Below are positions 47,509-60,035 of a DNA stretch of 64,000 nt, piece by piece (positions within the stretch are counted from its first letter, which is position 1; each line of letters starts with the position of its first letter). The notes under the pieces were generated by a model. The model worked only from the letters and a program-made list of their open reading frames with translations. It made no database searches and was not told the origin of the DNA. The translations under genes were made by a program, and so were the position numbers. Where the stretch lies: the NCBI GenBank assembly GCA_027532905.1, contig JAPZUA010000004.1, forward strand, positions 244,570 to 308,569, given 5' to 3'. Source of the stretch: Magnetospirillum sp. (GTDB taxonomy: Bacteria > Pseudomonadota > Alphaproteobacteria > CACIAM-22H2).

Positions 47509-48918
47509 TCACATATGGATCGGGCGGCCGTCCACGGCGAGGGCTGCTTCGCGCACGGCCTCGGTCAAGGTCGGGTGCGCGTGGCAGGTGCGCGCGATGT
47601 CTTCAGACGACGCGCCGAATTCGATCGCGAGCGCCATTTCGCCGACGAGTTCGCCGACCGACGGGCCGATCATGTGCACGCCCAACACGCGGTCTGTCGT
47701 GGCATCGGCCAGGATCTTCACGAAGCCGTCGGTGTTGTTCTGCGCGCGTGCGCGCCCGTTGGCCGTGAACGGGAACTTGCCGATGCGGATCGCAACACCT
47801 TCTGCCTTCAGCTGCTCCTCGGTCTTGCCGACGGAGGCAACTTCCGGCCACGTATAGACGACCGACGGAATCGCATCGTAATTCACGTGGCCGTGCTGGC
47901 CGGCGAGAATTTCGGCGACCGCCATGCCTTCGTCTTCGGCCTTGTGCGCCAGCATCGGCCCGGCGATCGCATCGCCGATCGCGTAAACACCGGGAACGTT
48001 CGTCTGGAAATGCGCGTCGATGGCGACGCGGCCTTTTTCGTCGAGTGCCACACCCGCTTCTTTGAGGCCGAGCCCGTCCGTGTAGGGGCGGCGGCCGACC
48101 GCGACGAGCACGATGTCGGCTTCGAGCGTTTCGGCCGCACCGCCTCCGGCGGGCTCCACCGTGAGCGCCACGCTCTTGGCGCCGACCTTGGCACCCGTGA
48201 CCTTCGTCGAGAGCTTGAACGCCATGCCCTGCTTGGCAAGGATGCGCTGCATGCTCTTGGAAATCTCGCCGTCCATGCCGGGCATGATGCGGTCGAGAAA
48301 TTCGACGACCGTGACTTTCGCCCCCAAACGCTGCCACACCGAACCCATCTCGAGCCCGATCACGCCCCCGCCGACGAGCACCATCGTCTTCGGCACTTCC
48401 GCGAGCGTCAAAGCGCCCGTTGAAGACACGATCTTCTTTTCGTCGATCGGCAGACTCGGCAGCGAGACGACTTCCGAGCCCGTGGCGATAACGATGGCTT
48501 TGGCGGCCAGCGTTTGTGTGCCACCCGCGTTGAGGGCGACTTCGACCTTGCCGGCGGCCGCGATCTTTCCAGCACCCTTGATCCAGTCGATCTTGTTCTT
48601 CTTGAACAAGAACGCCACACCGTCGACGTTCGATTTAACGGTCTTGTCCTTGTGCGCCATCATGGCTTTGAGGTCGAGTTCGACCTTGCCGGTCTTAACG
48701 CCGAAGGCCGCGAGGCCGTGCGATGCTTCTTCGAACTTCTCGGACGCCTGCAGCAAAGCCTTCGAGGGAATGCAGCCGACATTGAGGCAGGTGCCGCCGA
48801 GCGTGTCGCGTTTTTCGACGCACGCGACTTTCATGCCGAGCTGGGCCGCTCGGATGGCGCACACGTAACCGCCGGGGCCGGAGCCGATGACGACGAGATC
48901 GTAGGAGGCTTCGCTCAT
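47509..48918 (-). CDS. lpd: Dihydrolipoyl dehydrogenase (E3)
   Basis: YDLVVIGSGPGGY, GGTCLNVGCIPSKALL (redox disulfide), HAHPTLTE. Confidence 0.95.
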   Translation of the reverse strand: MSEASYDLVVIGSGPGGYVCAIRAAQLGMKVACVEKRDTLGGTCLNVGCIPSKALLQASEKFEEASHGLAAFGVKTGKVELDLKAMMAHKDKTVKSNVDGVAFLFKKNKIDWIKGAGKIAAAGKVEVALNAGGTQTLAAKAIVIATGSEVVSLPSLPIDEKKIVSSTGALTLAEVPKTMVLVGGGVIGLEMGSVWQRLGAKVTVVEFLDRIMPGMDGEISKSMQRILAKQGMAFKLSTKVTGAKVGAKSVALTVEPAGGGAAETLEADIVLVAVGRRPYTDGLGLKEAGVALDEKGRVAIDAHFQTNVPGVYAIGDAIAGPMLAHKAEDEGMAVAEILAGQHGHVNYDAIPSVVYTWPEVASVGKTEEQLKAEGVAIRIGKFPFTANGRARAQNNTDGFVKILADATTDRVLGVHMIGPSVGELVGEMALAIEFGASSEDIARTCHAHPTLTEAVREAALAVDGRPIHM

Positions 48919-48923
48919 GTCGT

Positions 48924-50129
48924 TCACATGTCCAGGATGAGGCGGGCGGGATCTTCGATGCATTCCTTGACGCGCACAAGGAACGTCACGGCTTCGCGCC
49001 CGTCGATGATGCGGTGGTCGTAGCTCAGCGCCAGATACATCATCGGCCGGATTTCGATCTTGTCGCCGACTGCGATCGGGCGCGACTGGATCTTGTGCAT
49101 GCCGAGAATGCCCGATTGCGGCGGGTTCAGGATCGGCGTGGACATCAGCGAGCCGTAGATGCCGCCGTTGGTGATCGTGAAGGTGCCGCCCGACATTTCG
49201 TCGACCGTGAGCTTGCCGTCGCGCGCGCGCCGGCCGAAATCACCGATCTTCTTTTCGATGTCGGCGAACGAAAGCACGTCGCAATCGCGCACGACCGGCA
49301 CTACGAGGCCCTGCGGCGTGCCCACCGCAATGCCGATGTCGTAGTGGTTCTTGTAGACGATGTCGCCCGCGTCAATCTCGGCATTGACGGCCGGGAGTTC
49401 CTTCAACGCGACCACGCACGCTTTGGCGAAGATCGACATGAAGCCGAGCTTAATGCCGTAGCGCTTCTCGAAGGTCTCGTTGTACTTGGAGCGCATCGCC
49501 ATCGCCGCCGTCATGTCGACCTCGTTGAAGGTCGTCAGCATCGCGGCCGTATTCTGCGCGTGCTTGAGGCGCTCGGCGATCTTGCTGCGCAGGCGCGTCA
49601 TCTTCACGCGCTCTTCGCGCGGGGCGAGTGCGCGCGGGGCGGCAGGGGCAGCCGGTGCTGCAGGTGCCGGCTTCGGCGCTGCGGCGGCTGCGGCCACGTC
49701 GGTTTTCGTCACGCGCCCGTCTTTGCCCGAGCCTGCAACGGCCGAAGCATCGAGGCCCGCTTCGGACAGTGCCTTGCGCGCGGCGGGGCCGGGCTGCTTG
49801 TCGCTTGCGATAGCAGCAGGTGCGGCGGCGGCCGGTGCGGCCTTGGCGGGTGCCGGTGCGGCAGCGGCGGGTGCAGCGGCTTTGCCGGCAGCGCCCGCTT
49901 CAAGTTCGCCGAGCTTGGCGCCGACCGCGACAGTCGTACCCGCAGGCGCCGTGATCGCCGAGAGCATGCCGGCGGCCGGGGCCGGCACTTCAACCGTGAC
50001 CTTGTCCGTTTCGAGCTCGCAAAGCGGTTCGTCCGCCTTCACGGCGTCGCCGACATTCTTGAACCATTTGGCGATGGTCGCTTCGGTGACGGATTCGCCC
50101 AAAGTCGGCACTTTGATTTCGACGGCCAT
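48924..50129 (-). CDS. sucB: Dihydrolipoyllysine-residue succinyltransferase (E2 of 2-oxoglutarate dehydrogenase)
   Basis: Lipoyl domain [14 protein letters not shown], an Ala/Pro linker, and catalytic [13 protein letters not shown]. Confidence 0.95.
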   Translation of the reverse strand: MAVEIKVPTLGESVTEATIAKWFKNVGDAVKADEPLCELETDKVTVEVPAPAAGMLSAITAPAGTTVAVGAKLGELEAGAAGKAAAPAAAAPAPAKAAPAAAAPAAIASDKQPGPAARKALSEAGLDASAVAGSGKDGRVTKTDVAAAAAAPKPAPAAPAAPAAPRALAPREERVKMTRLRSKIAERLKHAQNTAAMLTTFNEVDMTAAMAMRSKYNETFEKRYGIKLGFMSIFAKACVVALKELPAVNAEIDAGDIVYKNHYDIGIAVGTPQGLVVPVVRDCDVLSFADIEKKIGDFGRRARDGKLTVDEMSGGTFTITNGGIYGSLMSTPILNPPQSGILGMHKIQSRPIAVGDKIEIRPMMYLALSYDHRIIDGREAVTFLVRVKECIEDPARLILDM

Positions 50130-50168
50130 TGCGTTTTCCGTTTCTTGTTTGGCGGGTAAAAGGACGCG

Positions 50169-53051
50169 TCAGACGCTCAACGCGGCGTTGACGAGATCGG
50201 CCTGCTCTTTGTTGTGGCGCTTGTAGAGGCCGGTTGCGGTCGCGGCCATCTCCGAGCGGCCGACATAGCGCGGACGCTTGGCCGGATGCTTGAGATTGGT
50301 CAAGAGCGCTTCGAGGCGCTGGTCGACGAAGGTCCACGCACCCATGTTCTGCGGCTCTTCCTGGCACCACACGATCTCGGCGTTTTTGTAGCGGCCAAGC
50401 TCGCGTTCGGTCGTGGCAAGCGGGAACGGGTAGAGCTGCTCGATGCGGATCAGCGCCACGTCCTTGAGGGCGCGCTTGGTGCGCTCTTCCAGGAGATCGT
50501 AGTAGACCTTGCCCGAGCACAGCACGACGCGCTTGATCTTGTCGTCGGCGACGAGTTTTTCGGCCTCGGGCAGGATGCGGTGGAAGCTCGTACCCGGCCC
50601 AAAGTCGGCCAAATTCGAGACCGCGAGCTTGTGCCGCAGCAGCGATTTGGGCGTCATGATCAGCAAGGGTTTGCGGATCGTGCGGCGCACCTGGCGGCGA
50701 AGTGCATGGAAATAGTTGGCGGGCGTGGTGAGATTGCAGACCTGCCAATTGTCTTCCGCGCACATCTGCAAAAAGCGCTCGAGCCGGGCCGAGGAATGCT
50801 CGGGGCCCTGCCCTTCGTAGCCGTGCGGCAGCAGGATCGTGAGACCCGACATGCGCAGCCACTTGGCCTCGCCCGACGAGATGAACTGGTCGAACATGGT
50901 CTGGGCACCGTTGGCGAAGTCGCCGAACTGCGCTTCCCACAGCACGAGCGCGTTGGGCTCGGCCAGCGAATAGCCGTATTCGAAACCGAGCACGCCGAAC
51001 TCCGACAGTGGGCTGTCGTGCACTTCGAACGTCGCCTGGCCCTTGCGGATATTGTTGAGCGGCACGTAGCGCTTTTCGGTTTCCTGGTCGACCAGCACCG
51101 AATGGCGCTGCGAAAAGGTGCCGCGGCCGCAATCCTGGCCGGACAGGCGCACGGGCGTTCCTTCGACCGCGAGCGTGCCGAAGGCGAGCGCTTCGGCCGT
51201 CGCCCAGTCGAGGCCGACGCCCACGTCGAGGATCTTGGCTTTGTTGTCGAGCTGGCGGCGGATCGTGCGGTGAATATTGTGCCCATCCGGCACGGTCGAG
51301 ATCGCCTTGCCGACTTCGCGCAGCAGCTCGGTCGGCACAGCCGTGTTGCCGCGATTGTCCTCTTTCTTCGCAAGCTCGATGCCCGCCCACTTGCCCTCGA
51401 GCCAGTCGGCTTTGTTCGGCTTGTAGTTCTTGGACGCTTCGAACTGCGATTCGAGATGCGCCGCGAAATCGTCGTAGATCTTCTGCGCTTCTTCGGCCGT
51501 CATCGATTTTTCGCGCACGAGCTGCTCGGCATAGAGCGTGCGCGTGGTCATCTGGGCCGCGATCTTGCGGTACATGATGGGCTGCGTGAAAGACGGCTCG
51601 TCGGCCTCGTTGTGGCCGTGGCGGCGGTAGCAGATCATGTCGATCACGACGTCGCGGTGGAAACGCTGGCGGAACTCGACCGCGATGCGCGCCACATGCA
51701 CGACTGCTTCGGGATCGTCGCCGTTGACGTGGAACACCGGAAATCCAAGGCCCTTGGCGATGTCGGTGCAGTAAGCGCCCGAACGCGAATAGGCCGGTGC
51801 CGTCGTGAAGCCGATCTGGTTGTTGACCACGAAATGGATGGTGCCGCCGGTGCGGTAGCCCAGAATATCCACGAAGCTCATCGTTTCGGGCACAATACCC
51901 TGGCCCGCAAACGCCGCGTCGCCGTGCAGCAGCATCGGCATTACCTGCGCGCGGTCGTTGTCGCCGAGCTGCACGCTCTTGGCGCGCGCCTTGCCGAGCA
52001 CCACGGGATTGACCGCCTCGAGATGCGACGGGTTGGCGGTCAGCGACAGATGCACCTTGTTGCCGTCGAACTCGCGGTCGGACGAGGTGCCGAGATGGTA
52101 TTTGACGTCGCCCGAACCTTGCACGTCGTCGGGCTGCGAGGACACGCCCTGGAACTCCGAGAAGATCGCGACGTACGGCTTGCCCATCACGTTGGCGAGC
52201 ACGTTGAGGCGGCCGCGATGCGGCATGCCGATCACGATCTCGCGCACGCCCAACTGGCCGCCGCGCTTGATGATCTGCTCGAGGGCCGGAACGGCCGACT
52301 CAGCGCCGTCGAGGCCGAAGCGCTTGGTGCCGACGAATTTTTTGTCGAGATAGCGCTCGAAACCTTCGGCCGCCGTCAGACGCTCGAGGATCGCGCGCTT
52401 GCCGCGCTCGGTGAAATCGGTGTGGTTGCGCGGACCTTCGATGCGCTGCTGGATCCAGCTTTTCTGCTCGGGATCCGTAATGTGCATGAACTCGACGCCG
52501 ATCGAGCCGCAATAGGTTGTTTTGAGGGCCGCGATGATCTCGCGCAGGCTTGCCGAATGCATGCCGAGCACGTTGTCGATGAAGATCTTTCGGTCCATGT
52601 CGGCTTCGGTGAAGCCGTAGCTGGCCGGATCGAGCTCGGGATGCTGCTCGCGGTTGGTAAGGCCCAACGGATCGAGATTGGCGGCAAGATGCCCGCGCAC
52701 GCGATAGGCGCGCACCATCATGATGGCGCGGATCGAATCGAGCGTGGCGGCGCGCGCCTGTTCGGCCGTGAGCGAGCCCGGCGCCGGTGCCGCCGCAACG
52801 GCGGCAGGTGCCGCACCGCCCTTGCCCTTCGGCGGGGCAACGGGGGCTTCGGCAACGCCGATCACGCGGGTTTTCTCGCGGCCCCATTTGGGCTGGTAAG
52901 TGCCCGCCACATCGGATTCCATCTCGCGCAGAATGCCGTGCCAGCTTGAATCTACGCTGGCCGGATCGGCGCGATACTGGTCCAACAATTCGGCCAGATA
53001 GACCGCGTTGGCGCCATTGAACATCGAATCGAGATCGGGATGCGTCGCCAT
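50169..53051 (-). CDS. sucA: 2-oxoglutarate dehydrogenase E1 component
   Basis: 960 aa. Motifs: GMPHRGRLNVL, LHGDAAFAGQG, ILLPHGYEGQGPEHSSARLERFLQ. Confidence 0.96.
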   Translation of the reverse strand: MATHPDLDSMFNGANAVYLAELLDQYRADPASVDSSWHGILREMESDVAGTYQPKWGREKTRVIGVAEAPVAPPKGKGGAAPAAVAAAPAPGSLTAEQARAATLDSIRAIMMVRAYRVRGHLAANLDPLGLTNREQHPELDPASYGFTEADMDRKIFIDNVLGMHSASLREIIAALKTTYCGSIGVEFMHITDPEQKSWIQQRIEGPRNHTDFTERGKRAILERLTAAEGFERYLDKKFVGTKRFGLDGAESAVPALEQIIKRGGQLGVREIVIGMPHRGRLNVLANVMGKPYVAIFSEFQGVSSQPDDVQGSGDVKYHLGTSSDREFDGNKVHLSLTANPSHLEAVNPVVLGKARAKSVQLGDNDRAQVMPMLLHGDAAFAGQGIVPETMSFVDILGYRTGGTIHFVVNNQIGFTTAPAYSRSGAYCTDIAKGLGFPVFHVNGDDPEAVVHVARIAVEFRQRFHRDVVIDMICYRRHGHNEADEPSFTQPIMYRKIAAQMTTRTLYAEQLVREKSMTAEEAQKIYDDFAAHLESQFEASKNYKPNKADWLEGKWAGIELAKKEDNRGNTAVPTELLREVGKAISTVPDGHNIHRTIRRQLDNKAKILDVGVGLDWATAEALAFGTLAVEGTPVRLSGQDCGRGTFSQRHSVLVDQETEKRYVPLNNIRKGQATFEVHDSPLSEFGVLGFEYGYSLAEPNALVLWEAQFGDFANGAQTMFDQFISSGEAKWLRMSGLTILLPHGYEGQGPEHSSARLERFLQMCAEDNWQVCNLTTPANYFHALRRQVRRTIRKPLLIMTPKSLLRHKLAVSNLADFGPGTSFHRILPEAEKLVADDKIKRVVLCSGKVYYDLLEERTKRALKDVALIRIEQLYPFPLATTERELGRYKNAEIVWCQEEPQNMGAWTFVDQRLEALLTNLKHPAKRPRYVGRSEMAATATGLYKRHNKEQADLVNAALSV

Positions 53052-53078
53052 GTCAGTGCCTTTTAGGACGTAAGACGG

Positions 53079-53951
53079 TTAGCTCATCGCCTTGAGCATG
53101 GTCGAGCCCAGCGAAGCGGGCGAGTCCGCGATGTGGAATCCCGCCGATCGCATCGCCTCGAACTTGTCAGCGGCCGTGCCCTTGCCGCCCGAGATGATCG
53201 CACCGGCATGGCCCATGCGACGACCCGGAGGGGCTGTCACGCCCGCAATGAAGCCGACGATCGGCTTCTTGCAGCCGGTCGAGCGATAGAATTCGGCCGC
53301 ATCCTCTTCTGCCGAGCCGCCGATTTCGCCGATCATGATGATGCCCTGCGTTTCGGGATCGGCCACGAACAGTTCGAGCGCGTCGATGAAGTTGGTGCCG
53401 TTGACCGGATCGCCGCCAATACCGATGCAGGTCGTCTGGCCGAGTCCGGCAGCCGTGGTCTGTGCGACCGCCTCGTAGGTGAGCGTACCCGAGCGCGACA
53501 CGATGCCGATCTTGCCGCGCGTGTGGATGTGGCCCGGCATGATACCGATCTTGCATTCGCCCGGCGTGATGACGCCCGGGCAGTTCGGCCCGATGAGGCG
53601 CGTCTTGCTGCCCGACATTGCGCGCTTCACGCGCACCATGTCGAGAACCGGAATGCCTTCGGTGATGCACACCACGAGGCGAAGCTTGGCGTCGACCGCC
53701 TCGAGGATCGCGTCGGCCGCAAAAGGCGGCGGCACGTAGATGACCGAGGCGTCGGCCCCGGTCGCGTGTACGGCTTCGTCGACCGTGTTGAAGACCGGCA
53801 GATCAAGATGGCGGGTTCCGCCTTTGCCGGGTGTCACGCCGCCGACCATCTTGGTGCCGTAGGCGACTGCCTGTTCGGAATGAAACGTGCCTTGGGCGCC
53901 CGTGAAGCCCTGGCAGATGACTTTGGTGTTCTTGTCGACGAGAACGGCCAT
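53079..53951 (-). CDS. sucD: Succinyl-CoA ligase alpha subunit
   Basis: [34 protein letters not shown] (catalytic His). Confidence 0.96.
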   Translation of the reverse strand: MAVLVDKNTKVICQGFTGAQGTFHSEQAVAYGTKMVGGVTPGKGGTRHLDLPVFNTVDEAVHATGADASVIYVPPPFAADAILEAVDAKLRLVVCITEGIPVLDMVRVKRAMSGSKTRLIGPNCPGVITPGECKIGIMPGHIHTRGKIGIVSRSGTLTYEAVAQTTAAGLGQTTCIGIGGDPVNGTNFIDALELFVADPETQGIIMIGEIGGSAEEDAAEFYRSTGCKKPIVGFIAGVTAPPGRRMGHAGAIISGGKGTAADKFEAMRSAGFHIADSPASLGSTMLKAMS

Positions 53952-53952
53952 G

Positions 53953-55149
53953 TTATGCGGCCTCCTTAACGGCCGTGACGATCTTTTGCGCGGCATCGGC
54001 GAGATTGTCCGCCGAGACGATCTTGAGGCCCGAATTTTTGAGGATCTTCTTGCCGAGATCGACGTTGGTGCCTTCGAGGCGCACCACCAGCGGCACGTTG
54101 AGTGCCACTTCGCGCGCGGCGGCTACCACACCTTCGGCGATCACGTCGCAGCGCATGATGCCGCCGAAGATGTTGACGAGAATGCCTTCGACATTGGGGT
54201 CCGACAGGATCAGCTTGAAGGCCTGCGTCACGCGCTCGCGCGTGGCCCCGCCGCCGACGTCGAGGAAGTTCGCGGGCTCGCCGCCATAGAGCTTGATGAT
54301 ATCCATCGTCGCCATGGCAAGGCCCGCACCGTTGACCATGCAGCCGATCGAGCCGTCGAGCTTCACGTAGTTGAGCTCGTGCTTGGAGGCTTCGAGCTCC
54401 ATCGGATCTTCTTCGTCTTCGTCGCGCAGATCGGCCACGTCCTTGTGGCGGAACAGCGCGTTGTCGTCGAAATTCATCTTGGCGTCGAGGGCCAGCACTT
54501 CGCCCGCCCCTGTCACGACCAGCGGATTGATCTCGACGATCGAGGCGTCGAGGCTCGTGAAAGCTTCGTACATCGCGGTCAGGAACTTCACGCAAGCGCC
54601 GATCTGCTTGCCTTCCAGACCGAGCGCAAACGCCACCTTGCGCGCATAGTAGGGCTGCAGGCCTTGCGTCGGGTCGATCGCGATCTTGACGATTTTTTCG
54701 GGCGTGTTGTGGGCGACGTCTTCGATGTCCATGCCGCCTTCGGTCGACGCCATCACGGTGATGCGCTGGCTGCCGCGGTCGACCAGCATGCCGAGATAGA
54801 GCTCGCGCTTGATGTCGCACCCTTCCTCGACATAGATGCGTTTGACCTCTTTGCCCTTGGGTCCGGTCTGCTTGGTAATCAGCGTCTTTCCGAGCATCGC
54901 AGAGGCGTTTTTCTTGACCTCGTCGATCGATTTGACGACGCGCACGCCGCCTTTGCCGTTGGGATCGTCCTTGAAGCGGCCCGCCCCGCGCCCGCCCGCA
55001 TGGATCTGCGATTTGACGACCCAAACCGGGCCGCCCAGTTCGCGCGCCACTTTTTCGGCTTCGTCGGGCGTGTAGGCAACCCCGCCCTTGGGAACCGCGA
55101 CGCCGTAGCGCGCCAGCAGGGTCTTGGCTTGGTATTCGTGGATATTCAT
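53953..55149 (-). CDS. sucC: Succinyl-CoA ligase beta subunit
   Basis: [21 protein letters not shown]-like segment, [15 protein letters not shown]. Confidence 0.96.
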   Translation of the reverse strand: MNIHEYQAKTLLARYGVAVPKGGVAYTPDEAEKVARELGGPVWVVKSQIHAGGRGAGRFKDDPNGKGGVRVVKSIDEVKKNASAMLGKTLITKQTGPKGKEVKRIYVEEGCDIKRELYLGMLVDRGSQRITVMASTEGGMDIEDVAHNTPEKIVKIAIDPTQGLQPYYARKVAFALGLEGKQIGACVKFLTAMYEAFTSLDASIVEINPLVVTGAGEVLALDAKMNFDDNALFRHKDVADLRDEDEEDPMELEASKHELNYVKLDGSIGCMVNGAGLAMATMDIIKLYGGEPANFLDVGGGATRERVTQAFKLILSDPNVEGILVNIFGGIMRCDVIAEGVVAAAREVALNVPLVVRLEGTNVDLGKKILKNSGLKIVSADNLADAAQKIVTAVKEAA

Positions 55150-55241
55150 TGTGCGATCCAGTCGGTTGGCGGTGGCCGAAGGCGGCTCGAGAGCGGGCGG
55201 CCTTGAAGTCGCAAAAAATCGCGGTACGTCGCTAGGTTAGT

Positions 55242-55278
55242 CCGGGGCAGGGTCCGCTTGCAACGGTACCTGCCCCGG
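55242..55278 (-). other. Stem-loop between mdh and sucC
   Basis: A 10-bp stem CCGGGGCAGG...CCTGCCCCGG encloses an inner 3-bp helix. No U-tract follows. Confidence 0.5.
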
Positions 55279-55291
55279 TGCGACCTGCAAG

Positions 55292-56365
<1,074 letters not shown>

Positions 56366-56380
56366 TCAGGAGGGTGGCAC

Positions 56381-56962
56381 CTAGCGGCGCGGCGGCGGCA
56401 AGCGCCCGGCAACCGCAAATTCGCCGCCCGGTGCCATGCGCAGCACAACCCCCTCGCCCGACGCCGGGAAAATGCCGGTAAGGGCCGTGATGTTGACCTG
56501 GTGCGTAACCAGCACGACCAAGCCGCCATCGGCGGGCAATGTGCGCAGAAAAGCCCGCAAAGCGGCAGTTGCCGCAGGTTGCGCCGTGCGTTCGTCGAAG
56601 AACGAATTGAGCTCCGCCGGGCGCTCGACGACGGGCCCGAGGGCGAGGATTTCGGCGGTTTCGCGCGCCCTGCACCATTGGCTTGTGAACACGCGCGCTT
56701 GGGCAATCCCGGCTTGGCGCAATCCTGCCCCGATCGCCTGCGCTTGGGCGCGGCCCGCTGCATCGAGATTGCGCTGGGTTGCGCAATCGCCGAGCCGCAT
56801 GCCGGCCGGATCGCCCGTTCCGGGTGCGATCGCGTGGCGCAGCAGCAGCACATGGCCGGGCGCCGCAAGGGTGGCGGCCAATACCGGCTCGGCGGCTTTG
56901 GCGGGGGCAACGAGGACCAGTGCGGCAAAGACCGCCCCGAAAAACGTCGAAAAAAGCTTCAT
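56381..56962 (-). CDS. Secreted histidine phosphatase (phosphoglycerate mutase) family protein
   Basis: Signal peptide MKLFSTFFGAVFAALVLVAPAKA, then LLLRHAIAPGTGDP (RHG-like motif) and VLVTHQVNI. Confidence 0.72.
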   Translation of the reverse strand: MKLFSTFFGAVFAALVLVAPAKAAEPVLAATLAAPGHVLLLRHAIAPGTGDPAGMRLGDCATQRNLDAAGRAQAQAIGAGLRQAGIAQARVFTSQWCRARETAEILALGPVVERPAELNSFFDERTAQPAATAALRAFLRTLPADGGLVVLVTHQVNITALTGIFPASGEGVVLRMAPGGEFAVAGRLPPPRR

Positions 56963-57000
56963 AGCCGCGATATAGGGCGCTTGGTGCCGGTCGGCGAGCC

Positions 57001-58140
57001 TCAACCGCCCAAATGCGGCGCGGCGAGATAGTCCTGGCTCTGCATTTCGAAAAGTCGGCTCGCGGTGCGCTGGAATTCGAAGGCGTGGTCGCCTTTGGCG
57101 TGCAGGTCTTCAGGGGCAGCGTCGGCGGCCATCACGAGCTTGGCGCGATGTTCGTAGAGCGCGTCGATGAGGTTCACGAAGCGGCGCGCCTCGTTGCGCT
57201 TTTCAGGGTCGAGCACCGGCACGCCATCGAGCACCAACGTGTGGAAATTGCGCGCAAGGGCAAGATAGTCGCCCGAGCCAAGCGCCTTCATGCACAGATC
57301 GGCGAACGACGCGAACGCGACACCGCCGCCCGTGCGCGCCAGTTCAAGATCGCGCCCGCCGACATCGAGCGTAGCGGGCCCCACGATCGCTCCCTCCGTC
57401 AGAGTCGAAAAAGCTTTTTCGAGTTCGCCCGTCGCCGCCGGCCCCAGCGGCGTGTGGTAGACCGGCAGGCCGCGTATGCGGATGCGCCGATAGTCGATGC
57501 CGCCATCGAGGGCCAGCACGTCGAGCTTCTGCTTCAGAAGTTCGATCGCCGGCAAAAACCGCTCGCGCTGCAGCCCGTTCAGATAGAGATCGTCGGGTTC
57601 GATATTCGACGTCGCCACCACGACCACACCCTTGGCGAACAACGCCTCGAACAGGCGGCCGAGGATCATCGCGTCGGCGATATTGGTGATCTGGAACTCG
57701 TCGAAGCACAGCAAAAAGGCTTCCTCGGCAAAGGCCGCCGCCAAAGGCGGGATCGGATCGCCGTCGCCCTTTTTTGCTTCCGCCGTCTGGCGCCAAGCAT
57801 GGATGCGCGCGTGCACCTCCAGCATGAAGGCGTGGAAATGCACGCGGCGCTTTTTTTCGCTGGCGGCATGCGCGAAGAACAGATCCATGAGCATCGATTT
57901 GCCGCGCCCCACGCCGCCGAAGAAATAGAGGCCCGTGGGGGGGGCACCGCGCTGCTCGGCGCCGAATTTGCGCGCAAAACCCAGCGACGCGCGCCAGAAG
58001 CCCGGCCGCGGGTCGGGCTTGTAGGCAAGCAGCGCGCGCGACAGCGTCTCGAGCTTTTCGACCGCGAAGGCTTGGGCGGGATCGGGCTTGATTTCGCCCT
58101 CTGCGAGCTTGGCCCGGTAGGCGTCGAGCAGGGCGGTCAT
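57001..58140 (-). CDS. zapE: Cell division protein ZapE (AFG1-like ATPase)
   Basis: ATG at 58140. Motifs: GLYFFGGVGRGKSMLMD (Walker A) and LLCFDEFQITNIADAMIL (Walker B). Confidence 0.88.
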   Translation of the reverse strand: MTALLDAYRAKLAEGEIKPDPAQAFAVEKLETLSRALLAYKPDPRPGFWRASLGFARKFGAEQRGAPPTGLYFFGGVGRGKSMLMDLFFAHAASEKKRRVHFHAFMLEVHARIHAWRQTAEAKKGDGDPIPPLAAAFAEEAFLLCFDEFQITNIADAMILGRLFEALFAKGVVVVATSNIEPDDLYLNGLQRERFLPAIELLKQKLDVLALDGGIDYRRIRIRGLPVYHTPLGPAATGELEKAFSTLTEGAIVGPATLDVGGRDLELARTGGGVAFASFADLCMKALGSGDYLALARNFHTLVLDGVPVLDPEKRNEARRFVNLIDALYEHRAKLVMAADAAPEDLHAKGDHAFEFQRTASRLFEMQSQDYLAAPHLGG

Positions 58141-58853
58141 GCGGGCGGCACCACGCCCAGAAGCTCGGCCACGAATTGCGGCACGATCTGCGTCGCAGGG
58201 CCTAAGCGCCGCTCGGCAAAGGCATTGCTGGTCGCCGACGGCTCGAGATTGAGTTCGACCGTGCGTGCGCCGTTTGCGGCGGCGATTTCGACGAAACCCG
58301 CCGCCGGATAGACATGGCCCGACGTGCCGATCGCCACAAACAGCGCGCAATTCGCGAGTTTTTCTTCGATCTCTTCCATGTGGAACGGCACTTCGCCGAA
58401 CCAAACAATATGGGGGCGCAATGCCCCATTGGCCGCACAGGCCGGGCACACCGAATTGACGGCGATATCGCCGCCAACCTCGGCCACAATGCCGCACGCC
58501 ATGCAGCGCGCTTTGTTAAGCTCGCCATGCATGTGGCGCACATTCTGCGAGCCCGCACGCTCGTGCAGATCGTCCACGTTCTGCGTGACCAGCAGCATCT
58601 CGCCCGTCCAGTTGGCTTCGAGAATCGCAAGGGCGAGATGCGCGTCGTTGGGCTGCACGGAAGGGTCGCGCAAGCCTTTGCGGCGCGCATTGTAGAAAGC
58701 GTGCACGCGCGCTTCGTCGCGCACGAAAGCCTGCGGGGTCGCAACGTCTTCGATGCGCACGCTGGCCCAAATGCCGTCGGGATCGCGGAAGGTTGCCAAC
58801 CCCGATTCCTTCGATATCCCCGCCCCGGTCAGCACCACGATCGAACCCTGCAT
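58137..58853 (-). CDS. cobB: NAD-dependent protein deacylase (Sir2 family)
   Basis: VLTGAGISKESGLATFR, QNVDDLHERAG, and the Zn ribbon CMACG...CPAC. The stop overlaps the zapE start (ATGA). Confidence 0.9.
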   Translation of the reverse strand: MQGSIVVLTGAGISKESGLATFRDPDGIWASVRIEDVATPQAFVRDEARVHAFYNARRKGLRDPSVQPNDAHLALAILEANWTGEMLLVTQNVDDLHERAGSQNVRHMHGELNKARCMACGIVAEVGGDIAVNSVCPACAANGALRPHIVWFGEVPFHMEEIEEKLANCALFVAIGTSGHVYPAAGFVEIAAANGARTVELNLEPSATSNAFAERRLGPATQIVPQFVAELLGVVPPA

Positions 58854-58886
58854 GCAATCGCCACCCTATCCAAAAGGCGGCGCGGA

Positions 58887-59498
58887 TCAAGGCGCTTGGC
58901 GTGCATTCGGATGGTTTGCTTTGATGTTGCGCTGCGCCAAGTGCGCGGTTTCGGCAATACGCTTGGCGCGCGTTTCCGGCTTCTTGGCGGCCCCGATCCA
59001 TTCCAGAATGGCGCGCCGCGAGGACGGGCTGAAGGCCGTGAAATTGGCGGTCGCCGGTGCGGCGGCGGCCAACGAAGCCGCAAGATCGGCCGGCATTTCG
59101 AGCGCGTGCGCGGCATCGAGCTTGGTCCAGCTGCCGTCTTTTTTGGCGCGCGCGATTGCTGCCAAACCGGGCGGCGCGATGCGGCCGGCCGCGATCAGCG
59201 CTTCGGCCTTTTTCTTGTTGATGGCCGACCAGCCGCTGCCCGCCCGGCGCGGCGACAGCAGCAGCATCGTGCGCGCGTCGTCGAGCTTGCGCGGCAGGCT
59301 GTCGATCCAGCCGAAACACAACGCCTCGTCGACGATCTCGGGCCAGGGCAGATGCGGCACGGACCCGCCCTTTTTCCAGGTCACGAGCCAGATCGCTTCT
59401 TTGCGCGCATGGTTCTTGGCCAGCCACTTGTGCAGTTCGGCGCGCGATCTGACCTCGACGCGCAGACGGTCGTCCGGGTTGGTTTGTTTTGCCTTCAT
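58887..59498 (-). CDS. YdeI/OmpD-associated family protein
   Basis: ATG at 59498. Motifs: WLVTWKK, EALCFGWIDS, FSPSSRRAILEWI. Confidence 0.72.
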   Translation of the reverse strand: MKAKQTNPDDRLRVEVRSRAELHKWLAKNHARKEAIWLVTWKKGGSVPHLPWPEIVDEALCFGWIDSLPRKLDDARTMLLLSPRRAGSGWSAINKKKAEALIAAGRIAPPGLAAIARAKKDGSWTKLDAAHALEMPADLAASLAAAAPATANFTAFSPSSRRAILEWIGAAKKPETRAKRIAETAHLAQRNIKANHPNARQAP

Positions 59499-60034
59499 GT
59501 GCGCAACAGAAAATCGGCTTCGCGCTCGTAGATGCGCGCGGCCCCGGCGCGCGCACTCGAATAGAGCGCAAAACGTTCGACCGCAAACGGCCCCGCCTTG
59601 AAGAGCGCGTGCGTGGCGAGCCATTCCTGCACTTTCGGAACCGACGGATCGGCGAGCTTGGCGAGCGTTACGTGCGGGATGAAACGCCGTCCGTCGGACG
59701 GAAGATCGATACGGCGCAACGCCGCTTCGATGCGCGCACGCAAGGCAAGCAATGCGTCGGACTTGCGCAAACCCGCCCACAGCACGCGCACGACGGGTCC
59801 GCTCGAAAAATGGCCCACGCCGGCAAGCTCCAGATCGAACGGTTCATGACGCACGCCTGCAAGCGCATAGGCGACGTCTTCGGCGACGTCGCCCGGCACT
59901 TCGCCGATGAAACGCAATGTCAGATGCAGATTTTCAGCCGTCTCCCAAAATGCACCCGGCACGCCACCGCACAGCCCCTGCAGGCGCAGCACGATATCTT
60001 CGGGCAAGGCCAGGGCCGCGAACAGGCGGTACAT
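59495..60034 (-). CDS. thpR: RNA 2',3'-cyclic phosphodiesterase (2H family, LigT/ThpR)
   Basis: Two HxTx motifs: NLHLTLRF and IPHVTLAK. Confidence 0.85.
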   Translation of the reverse strand: MYRLFAALALPEDIVLRLQGLCGGVPGAFWETAENLHLTLRFIGEVPGDVAEDVAYALAGVRHEPFDLELAGVGHFSSGPVVRVLWAGLRKSDALLALRARIEAALRRIDLPSDGRRFIPHVTLAKLADPSVPKVQEWLATHALFKAGPFAVERFALYSSARAGAARIYEREADFLLRT

Positions 60035-60035
60035 G